From positions 7,753 through 71,752 of the forward strand of contig CACJRK010000003.1 in NCBI GenBank assembly GCA_902595795.1: a stretch of 64,000 bases of DNA. Reading direction: 5' to 3'. This stretch comes from an uncultured Pelagibacteraceae bacterium (lineage in GTDB: Bacteria > Pseudomonadota > Alphaproteobacteria > Pelagibacterales > Pelagibacteraceae). The position numbers were made by a program, and so were the translations under genes. The notes under the pieces were generated by a model, which was given only the letters and a program-made list of their open reading frames with translations, had not been told where the DNA came from and searched no databases. Below are positions 62,501 to 64,000 of the stretch, in pieces (the stretch's first letter is position 1; every line of letters starts with the position of its first letter).

Positions 62501-64000
62501 ATGATAGAGTGGTCTATATTTATCCGATAATACTGCAAGTGGCGTATCATCTCCCATTGAACCAGTTGCTTCTTTTGCTTCTTCGGCCATTGGGTGTAAA
62601 ATTAACTCTAAATCCTCTAAACTAATTCCAAAAGCATATTGTCTTCTTCTTAGAGCTTCGCTTTCAAAAATATTTTTTTCATTAGATATGATTAATTTTT
62701 CATCAAGATCGACAATTTGAGAATTAAAGTGTTTAAATTCTTTAGCTAAATAATTCTTTATTTCAGTATTTGAAAATACCTTGCCTTTTTCAATTCTAAC
62801 ACCTAAAATTTCACCTGGTCCTAATCTACCTTTTGATAAAATTTTCTTTTCATTTAATTCTATCATGCCTGTCTCTGATCCAGCAAACAACATTTTATCT
62901 TTTGTAATTGCATATCTTAATGGTCTTAAACCATTTCTATCATTTGCTGCAATAACCCATTCATTATCAGTTGCAGCTATAGCGGCAGGTCCATCCCATG
63001 GTTCCATTGTGCTATTTAAAAAATTAAATAATTGTTGATGATTTTTTGGTAATGTCTTGTTTTTTTTTGACCATGCATCAGGTACTAACATTAGTTTGGC
63101 TAATGGAGCTGATTGTCCTGATTTATTTAATAGTTCAAAAACATTATCAAGTGCCGCTGAGTCAGAGACGCCTTTTTGTATAACAGGTTTTAAATTTTCA
63201 ACATTATCAAATAAAGGACTGCTCATTTCTTGCTCGTGAACTTTCATCCAATTTTTATTTCCTTTGTATGTATTTATTTCACCATTATGAGCAATCGCAC
63301 GGAATGGTTGAGCCAAACTCCAGCTAGGAGCAGTATTGGTAGAAAACCTTTGATGAAAAATAGCGTATCTAGATATGAATCTTTTATCTTTCAAATCCAA
63401 ATAAAAATCCGAAATTGCTTCAGCAAGGTATAAACCTTTATAGATAATTGACTTAGAACTAATAGAACAAATATAAAAATTATTTAAAGATAATTGAAAA
63501 GCTTTTTTCTCAATTTTTTTTCTAGTCTCATAAATTTTTCTCTCTAGATTTTTATCAAGTAAATTTTGATCATTTGATTTAAATAATACCTGAATAATTT
63601 CAGGCATAGTTTGAAGAGCTTTCTGTCCTAAAATTTTTGGATTTACAGGGACCTGTCTCCACCCATAAATACTAAAATTATTTTTAGTTAGTTCGCTCTC
63701 TACAATTGTTTTGCAGCTTTCTTGGGCTGAATAATCATTTCTTGGCAAAAATATCATACCAACACATATTTCAGCGTTGTCATAATCATGTCCTGTAACC
63801 TCAATTTTCTCTATAAAAAAATCTTTAGGTATCTCAACATGGATTCCTGCTCCATCTCCAGTTTTACCATCTGCATCAACAGCGCCTCTGTGCCAAACAG
63901 CTTTAAGTGCTTCTATTCCATGCTCTACAATTTCTCGAGATTTTTTACCCTCTGTAGAAACTATTACTCCAACCCCACATGCATCATGCTCCATTTCCTT
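59549..64000 (-). CDS. gltB: Glutamate synthase large subunit (5' end probably outside the window)
   Basis: HDACGVG (amidotransferase Cys), HQRFSTNT, IKIAQGAKPGEGGQL, CIMVRQCHSNTCPVG; frame remains open at the window edge. Confidence 0.97.
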   Translation of the reverse strand, partial: KEMEHDACGVGVIVSTEGKKSREIVEHGIEALKAVWHRGAVDADGKTGDGAGIHVEIPKDFFIEKIEVTGHDYDNAEICVGMIFLPRNDYSAQESCKTIVESELTKNNFSIYGWRQVPVNPKILGQKALQTMPEIIQVLFKSNDQNLLDKNLERKIYETRKKIEKKAFQLSLNNFYICSISSKSIIYKGLYLAEAISDFYLDLKDKRFISRYAIFHQRFSTNTAPSWSLAQPFRAIAHNGEINTYKGNKNWMKVHEQEMSSPLFDNVENLKPVIQKGVSDSAALDNVFELLNKSGQSAPLAKLMLVPDAWSKKNKTLPKNHQQLFNFLNSTMEPWDGPAAIAATDNEWVIAANDRNGLRPLRYAITKDKMLFAGSETGMIELNEKKILSKGRLGPGEILGVRIEKGKVFSNTEIKNYLAKEFKHFNSQIVDLDEKLIISNEKNIFESEALRRRQYAFGISLEDLELILHPMAEEAKEATGSMGDDTPLAVLSDKYRPLYHFFRQNFSQVTNPPIDSLRENKVMSLKTRFGNLGNILDFDTLTKENIYVLNSPILSNSQFEKFINFFGKNSVMIDCSFSKDESLSDAINRIQKEAEIAVRQGVTQLILSDKEISDQKLPIPMLLCVGSINTFLINKKLRGYVSINVQSGEAMDTHSFATLIGVGATTVNPYLAFDSLYQRFSKKLFGQFSFDDCVERYIKSVNAGLLKIMSKMGISVLSSYRGGCNFETVGLSRTVVDDYFPGVTSKISGIGLTGIEKKIREIHKEAFESSETVLPIGGIYRYRKNGETHQYQGRLIHLLQSAVGSNSYDAYKKYAEGIYNLPPINLRDLIDFRKKKLGPSIDLSEVEPIQNILKRFGSGSMSHGALSKEAHETLAIGMNRIKGASCSGEGGEDEKRFKVMQSGDSANSRVKQIASARFGVTINYLNNCNEIEIKIAQGAKPGEGGQLPGFKVTDEIAKLRHSTPGVTLISPPPHHDIYSIEDLAQLIYDLKQINPKARIGVKLVASSGVGTIAAGVAKAEADIILISGHNGGTGATPQTSVKYVGIPWEMGLTEANQVLTLNNLRHKVTLRTDGGIKTGRDVVIAAMMGAEEYGVATTALVAMGCIMVRQCHSNTCPVGVCTQDEKLREKFTGTPDKVVNLFTFIASEVREILAELGFKSLNEIIGRTDLLMQVNKASPNLDDLDLNPLFVQADPGDNKRYCESTEINKVPDTLDQEIWPEIETALDNSQKIEKEYSIKNTNRAVGTRISHHLYKKYGYEKLDENFLTLNFKGSAGQSFGAFSTKGLKLVLKGDANDYVGKGLSGATIAIKLSDESNLISNENTIIGNTVLYGATSGKLFAAGLAGDRFAVRNSGATTVIEGCDSNGCEYMTGGTVVILGNVGDNFAAGMTGGMAFIYDKKQQFEKKVNPESVVWQNVETDYWKEFLKNLINQHLKETGSDLSKKLIESFDNEINNFIQVCPKEMLDKLKNPITLKKQVKKVS

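Overview
A very AT-rich (roughly 30% GC by eye), extremely gene-dense 64-kb segment of core chromosome with tiny or overlapping intergenic spacers. Gene content and order point to a streamlined marine alphaproteobacterium, most likely SAR11/Pelagibacterales: gcrA, kdsD-lptC-lptB, aroA-cmk-rpsA-ihfB-pyrF-trpFBA-accD-folC/trxA, hisS-hisZ-hisG, infA-hisD-DUF2948-murA-dcd, rpmH-rnpA-yidD-yidC-argB-dapD-dapE, truA-fmt-def, aroK-aroB/bolA/J-domain-cobS-cobT, regB, gyrB, lepA, pheST, rplT-rpmI-infC-thrS and gltB. It holds about 60 CDSs, 4 tRNAs (His, Phe, Thr, Ser), and no visible mobile element, rRNA or CRISPR. The most notable observations are: (1) a tryptophan synthase with a rewired active site and alpha/beta interface; (2) a candidate His-containing leader peptide/attenuator (or sRNA) ahead of a tRNA-His-hisS-hisZ-sulfotransferase-hisG unit; (3) an HDAC-family deacylase plus SET-domain methyltransferase pair; (4) an ExoI + MGME1-like nuclease + RmuC cluster where addAB normally sits; (5) tRNAs with non-canonical elbows; (6) several enzymes with changed invariant residues (Cmk Walker A, RegB H+1, EF4 C-terminus); and (7) a GC3-rich mosaic segment in yidC. 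All protein calls come from recognising motifs and synteny by eye; no database search was run.
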